A DNA stretch of 64,000 bases. It comes from an uncultured Acidobacteriaceae bacterium (GTDB lineage: Bacteria; Acidobacteriota; Terriglobia; Terriglobales; Acidobacteriaceae). The stretch spans positions 1,971 to 65,970 of the forward strand of contig CAXTLD010000007.1 in NCBI GenBank assembly GCA_964245045.1. The letters run 5' to 3'. Positions 46,401-55,669 of the stretch are shown piece by piece. Each line of letters opens with the position of its first letter. The first letter of the stretch is position 1. The position numbers and the translations under genes were made by a program. The notes beneath the pieces are model-generated. The model saw nothing but the letters and a program-made list of their open reading frames with translations, did not search any database and was not told the origin of the DNA.

Positions 46401-48329
46401 CTAGAAGGGGTTGACCTTGTTCAAGCCCTTCTTCTTTTTGTGCTTGCTGGAGCTCTCGTCGTTCTTGTCGAACTCCGGCTTGGGGTTCTTCTTCTGGTTG
46501 GCGGCCCTGGTCTGCGCCGCGGGTTGCGGGTGGCCTTGCACCTCGTTTACCGCATCCGGTGCCGGCGCCGGTGCTTCGGCCGCAGGAAGCGGGGCGTTCG
46601 CGGACGGTCTGGGCGTGGTGATCCCGTAGTTCGGATCTGCCGCGCCGGTCGCTGCGGGCCGACCGCTGGCCAAACCGCTTACCGGTGCGCCGGTCATGGT
46701 GCCGGGCGTCAGCACATCCACACCCAGCGACGCACCCGCGTTACCCACGCGCGCTCCACCACCGCCGCCTGGCGCAGCCGGGGCCGCCTCGCTCATGGTC
46801 CCTGTGGAGCGTGTGCCTTCAGTTGTGTTGCCCACGTCAGACAACGTCAGCGGCGCTCCCGCGCCCGCCGGAGCCGGCGTCGGCTCAGCCGGAGGGGGCG
46901 TGTTGTTGGCTGCATCCGCCGCTGCGGTGCGCGCAGGCTGGGCCGCGGCCGGGTTGAAGGCGACCAGGTAGTCGGCTTCAATCTGATGCACGATGGCCGG
47001 CGCCACAGTCGGCTTGGCGTCCTCGAGCGGTGGCGCGCCCAGCTGCGCGGCTGTCACCGTGTCCGGCTTGCGGACCAACAGCAGCTCCAGGCGCTTGCGC
47101 ATGGTGTACTGGGCGCGGCTGCCTTCGAGCGCATCGCTGGCGGCCACCTGCTCGGCCGTCGGTTGCGGAATCGGCAGATTCATCGTCGCCAGACGCTCCT
47201 TGGCGTCCTCGGCGTGGGGCGCGGCGGCGTGCTCCAGAACCACCGCCCGGTACGCGGCGGCGGCCTTGCCGTCGTACTCCTGTTCGAGCTTGGCCTTCGG
47301 GCCCTCGGGCAGGTTGGCTTGGGCGCGAACGATTCGCGCCTCCGACGCGTACGCGTCGCCGATGCCGATCAGCGTATCGTCCATGTGGCTGAACAGGGGG
47401 TACGTGTCGACCACGGTCTGCAAGCGCGCGATGGCCGCGGGGTAGTTGTTGCGGGTGACGTAAAACGCCCCCAGGTCGAACTCCCGCTGCGCCAGCACCT
47501 CCTGCACGTCACGCAATTTCTGCGTGGCTTCTTTCAGAAGCGACTTCGGTGCATCCGGGTAGGTCTTCAACATCGTCCGGTAATGATTCTCGGCCTTAAT
47601 GGCCTTGGCATAGTCCCGGTCGGGCGTGTCCATCTGCTTCAGATAAATGTCGCCCATGCGCATCTGCGCTTCGGCGGCCTCGGGCTGGTTGGGGAAAAAG
47701 GTGATGAAGTCGCCGTACTCCTGCTCGGCCTGCGCCATCGCGGCCGAGCCGCCTTCCTTAAACCAGCAGTCCGCCACCGCCAGCTTCGAGCGCATGAGGT
47801 ATTGCGAGTCGGGGTACGTGTTCAGCAAGGTCTGCAGGTCCAGCCGCGCGACATCGAAGTGGCCCTTCTTTTCCTGATCGAGTGCCTTATCGTAGAGCTG
47901 TTTGTCGGGCAGGTTGGCGTCGCGGCCCACGAGCGGGTTGTACTTGTTCTCTTTGCGCAGCTCGGCTCTGGTGTCTTTGGTCTGCACCGCGCGCTCGTCC
48001 TTGGCGACCTTCTCCTTGGGCTTCTTGTCCGTGCTGGCGGGCGCTTTGGCCGGCTTGGCGGCGGTCGGCTTTGCACTTGCCGTCGAACCGGTCGGCTCGT
48101 CTTTCTGAATCCACTTGTGCTTCTTCGGCGCTGCCGGGGGCGCGGGAGCCTCGTCGGTCTGGGTTCCCGTTTGAGACGCCGTCTGCGCGGCAGAGGAGGA
48201 CGTTGCCGCCGGTTCGGTGGTTGCGGTTTGGGCCCTTAAGCTCGGTCCCGTGATCAAAAGCAGCAGGGCTACGCCGGCAGCTCTGCCTGCACGGCTGTGA
48301 GGAAAAAAGTTCGGCGATTCAACCCGCAT
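46401..48329 (-). CDS. bamD: Outer membrane protein assembly factor BamD with long disordered extensions
   Basis: KQLYDKA, LQTLLNTYPDSQY, FITFFPNQPEAAEAQ, TPDRDYAKA..A, LAQREFDLGAFY...NYPAAIARL TPR pattern. Confidence 0.85.
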   Translation of the reverse strand: MRVESPNFFPHSRAGRAAGVALLLLITGPSLRAQTATTEPAATSSSAAQTASQTGTQTDEAPAPPAAPKKHKWIQKDEPTGSTASAKPTAAKPAKAPASTDKKPKEKVAKDERAVQTKDTRAELRKENKYNPLVGRDANLPDKQLYDKALDQEKKGHFDVARLDLQTLLNTYPDSQYLMRSKLAVADCWFKEGGSAAMAQAEQEYGDFITFFPNQPEAAEAQMRMGDIYLKQMDTPDRDYAKAIKAENHYRTMLKTYPDAPKSLLKEATQKLRDVQEVLAQREFDLGAFYVTRNNYPAAIARLQTVVDTYPLFSHMDDTLIGIGDAYASEARIVRAQANLPEGPKAKLEQEYDGKAAAAYRAVVLEHAAAPHAEDAKERLATMNLPIPQPTAEQVAASDALEGSRAQYTMRKRLELLLVRKPDTVTAAQLGAPPLEDAKPTVAPAIVHQIEADYLVAFNPAAAQPARTAAADAANNTPPPAEPTPAPAGAGAPLTLSDVGNTTEGTRSTGTMSEAAPAAPGGGGGARVGNAGASLGVDVLTPGTMTGAPVSGLASGRPAATGAADPNYGITTPRPSANAPLPAAEAPAPAPDAVNEVQGHPQPAAQTRAANQKKNPKPEFDKNDESSSKHKKKKGLNKVNPF

Positions 48330-48409
48330 CCACAACTCCCTTACCGCAGCAGGCCCAAAGGCTGCCGCGTACGTCCCATTTTAGTCTAACCAGCAGCGGA
48401 GAAACCTTT

Positions 48410-49084
48410 TCAGACCTTGAACGAAGCCGCCTCGCGAGCCGTGCTCAGGAGCTCACGCGCGTTTTGCTCCGTTCGGCCCGGCTGAAAGACCGCCGACCCG
48501 GCCACCAACATGTCTGCTCCCGCTTGGACGACCGCGCCCACCGTGTCGTGAGCGATGCCGCCGTCCACCTCGATGCGAAAGTTCAATCCCATCTCCGACC
48601 GCAGCCGCCTGAGGTGCGCGATCTTTTCCGCCGCCCGCGGCAGAAACTTTTGCCCACCGAACCCAGGGTTCACGCTCATGACGAGCACGTGGTGCACCAT
48701 CGGCAGTACCTCCACGAGGAAGTCCACGGGGGTGGCAGGGTTGATGACCACGGCCGGCTGGCAGCCATGGTCGGCGATCAACTGCAGCGTCCGGTTCAGG
48801 TGCCGACACGCCTCCCAGTGCACCCCGATAAAGTCCGCGCCGGCCTCGGCGAACTCCGGGATGAACTTGTCCGGATCCTCAATCATCAAATGGCAGTCCA
48901 GCGGCAGTTTCGTCACGGGACGAATGGCTTTCACGACCGGCGGCCCAAACGTGATGTTCGGGACAAAGTGTCCGTCCATCACGTCCACATGGACGATCGT
49001 TCCGCCCCCGCGCTCGGCTGTCGCGATCTCCTCGGCGAGGTTCGAAAAATCAGCCGCCAAAATAGAAAAACAAAGCTCAATCAA
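48410..49084 (-). CDS. rpe: Ribulose-phosphate 3-epimerase
   Basis: SILAADF, HVDVMDGHFVPNITFG, DCHLMI, MSVNPGFGGQ, IEVDGGI, VAGSAVF. Confidence 0.97.
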   Translation of the reverse strand: MIELCFSILAADFSNLAEEIATAERGGGTIVHVDVMDGHFVPNITFGPPVVKAIRPVTKLPLDCHLMIEDPDKFIPEFAEAGADFIGVHWEACRHLNRTLQLIADHGCQPAVVINPATPVDFLVEVLPMVHHVLVMSVNPGFGGQKFLPRAAEKIAHLRRLRSEMGLNFRIEVDGGIAHDTVGAVVQAGADMLVAGSAVFQPGRTEQNARELLSTAREAASFKV

Positions 49085-49141
49085 CGCTGCTTCTCCACCG
49101 TTCCTTATGGGCAGGATAGCAGCGCTGGGCAGCCTGCACGG

Positions 49142-50638
49142 TCATAGGACGGCCTCGCCCGGCAACATCGCTCTCGCTCGGCGCTTTCGCTTCGGCAGCA
49201 CCGCCACCACCCTTTCCACCCCCTCTCGCCCCGGATGCAGGAGCTTCGTTTTGATTTCACTTTTGCCTCCAGGCTCCTCGCCATCCTTATCGGCAGTTTC
49301 CGCCAGAACTTTAGCCGCCTCTCGATCCACAGGGGGCAGCTCCGGTGGCGGGCCAAGCACGACGCGCGCGGCCGCGTTCAGCAACCGGCGCACCGGCCAG
49401 TTGTCCTCCTGGTTGGGCAGCAGCACCTCGCCGGCGCGCTGCTTTTCCGGCCGGTAGTACCAGCGCTTGAACAAGGCCAGGGCATCGCCGCGCTCCGTGG
49501 GCTCCGGTTCCCCCGCAACCTGCCGAGCCGCTTCCAATCGCGCCAGAATGCCGCGCGCGCGGTCTTCCGGCGACATCCCTGCGCTCCCGTCCGCGCCGTT
49601 GTCCGCGGCGCCTTCGGGCACCGGCGCCAGCATCAAGGGTTGCGCGAACAGGCTCGACCCCACGGCGGTCTGCTCCCGCACCGCGCGGACGCCCAGCGTC
49701 GACAGCCGCTCCGGCCCCAGCAAGCGACCACCCTCCAGCAGATACACGGCCGCCTCCTCGGTCCCGGAGCCGTCGTCCAAAGGCGCGGCGGCCTGGACGA
49801 CGAGCGCCCGCACCTCGTTCGCCGCGCGCACCAACGGATCCGCTCCTTGCGCCACGGCTTTCACCTTTTCCCATTGCCGGTGCAGCGCGGCGGCGCCTTC
49901 AAAGTCCATGCCCTCGCTGGCCTGGTCGCGCCGAGCCGCGATCTCGGCCATGAGGCTCTCGCCGCGGGTGCGGAGGTAGGCAAACACCCGCTCGGCTTCG
50001 ACGCGGTACACGTCGCCGGTCACCGCCATCTTGCAGGGGGCGAGGCATCGGCCCATCTCGCCGTAGACGCAACCGGGGTGCTCCGAGTGGACGATCAAGT
50101 CCTCATGGCAGCGCCGCACGTTGAAGAGCTCGCCGACGGCTTCGGCGACTCGCTCCGCCGCCGCCCGTGAAGCAAACGGGCCAAAGCTTTCTTTGAGCGC
50201 GCGCCGGCTCATCTTGTTGGAAACAAAGACGCGCGGATGTTCGTGCCCCATGGTCACGCGAAGGAAATAGGGGCAATGGAGCCGCAATCGCTTGCGGGCC
50301 TCGGCATCTCCGAACAGCGCATGGGTGGCACGGTACAGGAGCAGAACCGACTCGAACTCCGAGCCCGTGACGGTCCACTCGACCGAGCGAACACGGTCCC
50401 GCAGGTTCAGCCGTTTGGATAGGACCGGTTGCCCATTGGCGTCCACGGTCTCCGGGGGCAAAAGCAGGCGGCGTACACGTCGTCGCAGGTCGGCGGCGCG
50501 CATCAGGTACGGCTGATCGGTGTCCCGTTCGCCGCGCAGGGCGAACACCCCGGCCCGCGCCGGCACCTCGCGCAAGACCGCCTCCGCCGTTTCGGGCTGG
50601 AAGGGAAGCTTGTTCCGGAATGCGAAGCGCTCCGCCAT
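49142..50638 (-). CDS. UvrC/Cho-like protein (divergent GIY-YIG, Cys cluster, UVR domain)
   Basis: PARAGVFAL...PYL, FGPF, RRC...HPGC.Y.EMGRCLAPC, ASEGMDFEGAAALH; no RNase H or HhH C-terminal half. Confidence 0.75.
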   Translation of the reverse strand: MAERFAFRNKLPFQPETAEAVLREVPARAGVFALRGERDTDQPYLMRAADLRRRVRRLLLPPETVDANGQPVLSKRLNLRDRVRSVEWTVTGSEFESVLLLYRATHALFGDAEARKRLRLHCPYFLRVTMGHEHPRVFVSNKMSRRALKESFGPFASRAAAERVAEAVGELFNVRRCHEDLIVHSEHPGCVYGEMGRCLAPCKMAVTGDVYRVEAERVFAYLRTRGESLMAEIAARRDQASEGMDFEGAAALHRQWEKVKAVAQGADPLVRAANEVRALVVQAAAPLDDGSGTEEAAVYLLEGGRLLGPERLSTLGVRAVREQTAVGSSLFAQPLMLAPVPEGAADNGADGSAGMSPEDRARGILARLEAARQVAGEPEPTERGDALALFKRWYYRPEKQRAGEVLLPNQEDNWPVRRLLNAAARVVLGPPPELPPVDREAAKVLAETADKDGEEPGGKSEIKTKLLHPGREGVERVVAVLPKRKRRARAMLPGEAVL

Positions 50639-50809
50639 AAGCAGGATTTTAGTGCCGTGTCCCGCTCCCGCGCCTACACCTTCCCGGCTACACGCCGCCC
50701 TCCGGTGACCTGAAATGCGACAGAGTGGCGAAAATAGTTGGAACCAAAGCTCGGCCACCGGCGTAGTCTCGTCAGCAACGATCCCAAAGCGATCCTTCCA
50801 GGAGCGAAC

Positions 50810-51703
50810 ATGCGCATTTCCGTACTCGGTTGTGTTTTTTTGCTTGGCTCTCTAAGCTCTGCTGCGACCCTGGCGCAGGCGCAGAGCTTCTCTACCGCGC
50901 CCTGCACGAGCAACGACGGCGACTCGGACGGCGGTTGGTTTGGGCATCAGCAGCGCGTCTGCGAGATGCGCCGGGCCACGCTGCCGCTGGTGAACGGCCA
51001 ACTCGGCGTAATGGGCAAGAACGGCGGGATCGAGGTGATTGGGGAAGACCGTAACGACATCGCGCTCGAGGTGAAGGTGACGGCGAACGGCTCGTCGCGT
51101 GAGAACGCCGACAGCATTCTTCACCAGGTGCGCCTTGTGGTGCAGGGCAGCAACATTCGCGCCGAGGGCCCTACCGAATCCGGTGGCGGCTGGTTCCATG
51201 GGAGCGGTTGGTCGGCGAATTTTCGCCTCCATGTGCCCCATCGCATCGCTCAGGCTGAACTGCACACCTCAAACGGCTCTATTCACGTCACGAATCTCGA
51301 TGGGCGCGTAAACGCGACGTCGAACAACGGCGGCATCGAAGTCGCGCACGTTCGCGGCGACGTGACGGCCAGTTCCACCAACGGCGGTCTGCACCTGGAT
51401 GACCTAGCCGGGGCCGTTCACGCGGAGACGACCAACGGCGGCGTCCAGATCTCGCTGGCCGGCAGTCGCTGGCAGGGAAGCGGCCTGTTTGCAAAGTCCA
51501 CCAATGGCGCAATCTCGCTCAAGGCTCCGGATCGTTTTGCCGCCCACCTCATCGCGGATACGACCAACGGCGGCATCTCGGTTGGGTTCCCGATCACGGT
51601 GCAGGGCAAGATCGGTCGCCACATCGACACGGACATCAATGGCGGCGGTCCCACGGTGCACCTGGAGACCACCAATGGCGGTGTCTCGATCGACCACAGC
51701 TAG
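50810..51703 (+). CDS. DUF4097 (adhesin-like beta-strand repeat) exported protein
   Basis: Signal peptide; repeated (S/T)(S/T)NGGI.V units. Confidence 0.85.
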   Translation: MRISVLGCVFLLGSLSSAATLAQAQSFSTAPCTSNDGDSDGGWFGHQQRVCEMRRATLPLVNGQLGVMGKNGGIEVIGEDRNDIALEVKVTANGSSRENADSILHQVRLVVQGSNIRAEGPTESGGGWFHGSGWSANFRLHVPHRIAQAELHTSNGSIHVTNLDGRVNATSNNGGIEVAHVRGDVTASSTNGGLHLDDLAGAVHAETTNGGVQISLAGSRWQGSGLFAKSTNGAISLKAPDRFAAHLIADTTNGGISVGFPITVQGKIGRHIDTDINGGGPTVHLETTNGGVSIDHS

Positions 51704-51715
51704 CCGGTGGCGGGT

Positions 51716-53146
51716 TTAACTGCCTGCCACCGTCATGCTCTCGATGCGCACAGTGGGCACCGCCCCGGAGCCGCGGAACTCGAGGTCGTTGCCGATGGCG
51801 CTCACGTTGCGGAACATGTCTTTCAGATTGCCGGCGATGGTGATCTCCTCCACCGGAAACGCGACTTCGCCGTCCTCGATCCAAAGGCCGCTCGCGCCTT
51901 GCGAGTAGTCACCCGTGACCAGGTTGACGCCGAAGCCCATGGTGCTCAGCACAAGGAGGCCGCGGTTCACGCCTTGCACGATGGTCTCGTGGCTCAGCCC
52001 GCCGGGTTCGAGAAAGTAGTTGCCCCCGCCGATGCCCGGCGCTCCTGCGAGACCGCGCGAGGCCTTGGCGTTCGAGGGCATGTGCAGCTTGCGGCCCGTG
52101 TAGGTGTTCAGCAGCAGCTCCTTCAGCACGCCCTGCTCAATGACGACGGTGCGCCGCGTGGGCAAACCGTCGCCGTCGAACGGCGAGGTGCCAAACCCGC
52201 CCACGCGCAGGCTCGACCCGTCAGGGAGCGTGTGGTCGAAGACCATGGTTCCATCGTCGACCACGGTGATGTTGTCGCCCGCGACCGCCTCGCCCAGTTT
52301 GCCGGCAAACATGCTGGCGTTGCGGTAGATGGCGTCGCCGTTGGCCGCGCCGAGCAGGTTGGCCATCAGGCCCCGCGCGGTCTCCGGCGGAAACACAACC
52401 GGCACCTGCTGCGTGGCGACCCGCCGCGCCCCCAGCAACCGCAGCGCGCGCCGTGCGGCCTCGCGGCCCACGGCCTCGGGATCTTCGAGCAACCGTGCCG
52501 TTCGCGCGCTGGAGTACCAATGGCCCGTCTGCATGCCGGATCCGTCCTGCGCGATGGGCGTGGCGGAAAAGCCGACGTAGGATCGGCGGTACTGACCGGC
52601 AAACCCGCGCGAGTTGACCATCACGCGATGCGCGGAGGAGCAGTCGAAGCTCGCCCCTTTGGAGTTCTGCAGGCGCGTATCGAAGCCAAGCGCCGCCGCC
52701 TCCGCCCGCCGCGCCATCTCAATCCGCTCCGGTGCCGGGATGCCGATGGCGTCTTCGAAGTAGAGGGCCTGCGTGTCGGCGTCGTGCATGCCGAAGGCTT
52801 CGCGCTCGGGCAGGCCCGCGAACGGATCGACGCCCGTCACTTTGGCAAGGGCCACGGCGCTTTCGACCGCACGCGCCAACCCGGCCTCGCTCAGGTCGGA
52901 GGTCGACGTGGAGGCCGTGCGCTGCCCGCCTTCCGCGGCGCAAAACACGCGCAGCCCCAGTCCACGCGAGCCGGCCTCGGTCAGCTGTTCGACCTCGCCC
53001 AGGCGAACATGGACGTTGAACTCATCGCCCTCGTACGCCACCACCTCGGCGTCCGTGGCTCCGGCGCGCAGCGCGCGGTCCAGCACCTGATGCGCGACCT
53101 CGGCAAGCGCACCTCCCATCTTTTCTGCTTCGACACGATTCGCCAT
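51716..53146 (-). CDS. pmbA: TldE/PmbA family protein
   Basis: VRLGEVE, SPFDGDG, G.L..LLLNTYTGRK, NLVTGDYSQGASG.WIE.GE..FPVEEITIAGN. Confidence 0.9.
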   Translation of the reverse strand: MANRVEAEKMGGALAEVAHQVLDRALRAGATDAEVVAYEGDEFNVHVRLGEVEQLTEAGSRGLGLRVFCAAEGGQRTASTSTSDLSEAGLARAVESAVALAKVTGVDPFAGLPEREAFGMHDADTQALYFEDAIGIPAPERIEMARRAEAAALGFDTRLQNSKGASFDCSSAHRVMVNSRGFAGQYRRSYVGFSATPIAQDGSGMQTGHWYSSARTARLLEDPEAVGREAARRALRLLGARRVATQQVPVVFPPETARGLMANLLGAANGDAIYRNASMFAGKLGEAVAGDNITVVDDGTMVFDHTLPDGSSLRVGGFGTSPFDGDGLPTRRTVVIEQGVLKELLLNTYTGRKLHMPSNAKASRGLAGAPGIGGGNYFLEPGGLSHETIVQGVNRGLLVLSTMGFGVNLVTGDYSQGASGLWIEDGEVAFPVEEITIAGNLKDMFRNVSAIGNDLEFRGSGAVPTVRIESMTVAGS

Positions 53147-53164
53147 ACTGGTCCATTGTCGCAG

Positions 53165-53270
53165 GCGCCGGGGTTGGCGCTGAGCGTTGGCTGGTGTTGG
53201 CGCTGGTCTCAACTGGAATCGCCAACACGCAGTGTCAACGCGCAGCGCCAAACTGAAGTGGCCAACACGA
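53165..53270. repeat. Composite repeat, copy 2 (same family as 38060-38285)
   Basis: 53236-53255 CAACGCGCAGCGCCAAACTG is the exact reverse complement of 38087-38106; GGGGTTGGCGCTG (53170-53182) is the reverse complement of 38185-38197. Confidence 0.8.
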
Positions 53271-53274
53271 CGCT

Positions 53275-54819
53275 CTAGCGCGCGTAGCTGCGCACCCACT
53301 CCGTGAGGCTGCGGACGGCGATGCCGCTGGGTCCCTTGGACTGCCAGGACTTGTCGGTGTCGAGCCAGGCGGTGCCGGCGATGTCTAAGTGAATCCAGGG
53401 TGTATCGCCGACAAACTCCTTCAGGAACATGGCGGCGGTGATGGAACCGCCGTAGCGGGAGTTGCCGGTGTTGGTGATGTCGGCGATGGCGCTTTTGATC
53501 TGGTCGCGGTAGTCGTCGGTAGCGGGCAGACGCCAGAACTTTTCGCCGGTGGTTCCGAGCGTGTCGAGGAACCGCTGGGCGGTGGCGTCGTCGTTGGAGA
53601 AGAGGCCGGCGGTGAGCTGGCCGAGCGCCACGCCGATGGCCCCGGTGAGGGTGGCGGCGTTGATGAGCACGGTGGCGCCGAGCTGCTGGGCGTAGTGGAG
53701 GCCGTCAGCAAGGACGAGGCGGCCTTCCGCATCGGTGTTGAGAATTTCGATGGTCTTGCCGGACATGGCGGTGAGCACATCACCGGGCTTGTAGGCGCGG
53801 CCGTCGGGCATGTTTTCCGCCGCGCAGCAGACGCACAGCACGCGCACGGCGGGCTTGAGCAGCGCGATGGCGCGCATGGCCCCGAGCATGGACGCCGCGC
53901 CGTGCATGTCGTACTTCATCTTGTCCATGTTGTCGGCGGGCTTGAGGGAGATACCGCCGGTGTCGAAGGTGATGCCCTTGCCGACGAGGCCGATCACGGG
54001 TGCGCCCTCGGCCGGGGAGGTGGGAGGCTCATAGCGCAGGACGATGAGCGCCGGCGGCTCTGCCGAGCCCTGGGCCACGGCCAGGAAGGCTCCCATGCCG
54101 AGCTCTTGGAGCTTGTCAGTGGAGTGCACCTCGGCGGCTAGGCCGACCTCCCCCGCCATCTGGGCGGCCCGGCGGCCAAGCTCGGTGGGGGTGAGGATGT
54201 TGCCGGGTTCGTTCACCAGCGCGCGCGCGAAGTTCTGGCTTTCCCCGACAACGATGCCCTGATCGAAGCCGGATTGGAGGTCCGCGCGGTTCTTGGCGTC
54301 GGGCTCGTTGAAGACGACGGTGAGCGTGTGGATGCTCTGGTCCTTGCGGTCAGAGCGGTAGATATCGATGTCGAAGTCGGCGACCAGCGCGCCCTCGATC
54401 AGGGCACGGGCGGTCAACTCGCAGGGCAGGGAGTCCAGGTGCTCGTCGGCGAGGGCATGGTCCTCCGGGAAGCAGAGGGCTAGTTCATGCAAGCCGCGCG
54501 GTTTGGCAAAGCGGACCGCGACGCCGGCGCCCCGCCGCACCTCATGCGCGTTGAGCGAGCCGGCCTTGCCCAGGCCAACGACGAGCAGACGTTGCGCCTT
54601 GAGATTCGCCGGCGCGTGCAGTAGCAAGGTCTCCCCGGCGGTCGCTTTGAACTCGCCCGAGGTGAGCCAGGGGGCGGCGACATCGGCCAGCGGGTCGGAG
54701 GTGGAGAGCAGCGCGGGCGAGGGCTGGGCATCTTTGCCGGTGGCGATGTCGACGGCAAAGACAACGAGCAGGGCGGTGGCGAGGCCGGCTGGTTCCTGGA
54801 AGAGGAGCTTGGTGGTCAC
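53275..54819 (-). CDS. pepA: Leucyl aminopeptidase (M17)
   Basis: VGKGITFDTGGISLK, MKYDMHGAA, NTDAEGRLVLAD, ATLTGA, WIHLDIAG. Confidence 0.96.
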   Translation of the reverse strand: MTTKLLFQEPAGLATALLVVFAVDIATGKDAQPSPALLSTSDPLADVAAPWLTSGEFKATAGETLLLHAPANLKAQRLLVVGLGKAGSLNAHEVRRGAGVAVRFAKPRGLHELALCFPEDHALADEHLDSLPCELTARALIEGALVADFDIDIYRSDRKDQSIHTLTVVFNEPDAKNRADLQSGFDQGIVVGESQNFARALVNEPGNILTPTELGRRAAQMAGEVGLAAEVHSTDKLQELGMGAFLAVAQGSAEPPALIVLRYEPPTSPAEGAPVIGLVGKGITFDTGGISLKPADNMDKMKYDMHGAASMLGAMRAIALLKPAVRVLCVCCAAENMPDGRAYKPGDVLTAMSGKTIEILNTDAEGRLVLADGLHYAQQLGATVLINAATLTGAIGVALGQLTAGLFSNDDATAQRFLDTLGTTGEKFWRLPATDDYRDQIKSAIADITNTGNSRYGGSITAAMFLKEFVGDTPWIHLDIAGTAWLDTDKSWQSKGPSGIAVRSLTEWVRSYAR

Positions 54820-54840
54820 AGGATTATGGTAACGGAGAGC

Positions 54841-55314
54841 TCAGTCGATTTTGGGCAGAACTCTCGCCAGATCGTCCTCGACGTCGATCTGCCAGCGGGA
54901 TGCAAGCAGCGCTACCTGGAACCCCACTTCAGACCGCAACTGGCCGAGATAGATATACACTGCCATTCTTTGAAGAGGTAAGTCGTCCCGGTTGAAGTGG
55001 CGATAGCTCCCTTGTGGAAACCGATCCATAAACCTTCGAGCAGATGTTCTCATCGCTCTTAGATGAGGGAGCAGAGCTGAGCTTTCGGGAAGATCTTCGA
55101 GTTCTGCTGTCATCCTCTTGCGGATCTCTTCGGCAGAAATAATGCAATGACCGATGTCTTCGTCAGCGCAATCGTTGAAGAGCATCCGACGATCCTCAAG
55201 GAAACGGATGATTTTCCTAGCGCGTACGTGATCGGCTTCGATCGATACCCAACCGAAACTCACCGGTCCGATGCCTATCTGGTTGAGGTGAGAAAGAATT
55301 TCAGACCAGCGCAT
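54841..55314 (-). CDS. Low-GC hypothetical protein resembling DUF6650
   Basis: ARKIIRFLEDRRMLF...HC..S..EIRK..T.EL...L..MR...RRF...LG.LR..VG..VA.LA pattern (family name from recall); about 50% GC in two counted lines. Confidence 0.6.
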   Translation of the reverse strand: MRWSEILSHLNQIGIGPVSFGWVSIEADHVRARKIIRFLEDRRMLFNDCADEDIGHCIISAEEIRKRMTAELEDLPESSALLPHLRAMRTSARRFMDRFPQGSYRHFNRDDLPLQRMAVYIYLGQLRSEVGFQVALLASRWQIDVEDDLARVLPKID

Positions 55315-55367
55315 GATGTTCGCTTTCGGATTAGAAGTGGTCAGACCTTACCAGGACATTGGCTCTA

Positions 55368-55661
55368 TCAGAAAACTTCAAGGGCATCTCTCAAGACTCG
55401 ATCCAAGATGGATTGGCGCAATCCGTAGCGCTCTGACAAGTGTGCTTTGGGTCCCAGCCACACGTTGAGGTCCGCTTGGATACCACCCAAAGCGAAGCCC
55501 CAGCTCCTCGTTTTGTCCATTTCGACCAGGACGTCCACATCGGACTCCGGCGTTTGCTCACCGCGCGCCACGGAGCCAAACAGGCGCAGGTGCTCCACCC
55601 CGGCGGCCCGGAGCTCCGGCTCGTGGGCACGGAGGATGGCGAGGACTTGGTCACGGTCCAT
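55368..55661 (-). CDS. Minimal nucleotidyltransferase (MNT/MntA-type antitoxin)
   Basis: LFGSVARGEQTPESDVDVLV (GS..DxD); 97 aa. Confidence 0.88.
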   Translation of the reverse strand: MDRDQVLAILRAHEPELRAAGVEHLRLFGSVARGEQTPESDVDVLVEMDKTRSWGFALGGIQADLNVWLGPKAHLSERYGLRQSILDRVLRDALEVF

Positions 55662-55669
55662 GCGTTTGA

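Noticed and set aside
45624-48239. 871-aa plus-strand ORF, and similar long ORFs at 40428-42704, 55736-57895, 51707-53278, 25460-26773 and 12532-13719
   Set aside because: Antisense shadows of well-supported genes (bamD, valS, glycosidase-like, pmbA, hscA, amidohydrolase), expected in high-GC DNA; no motifs.
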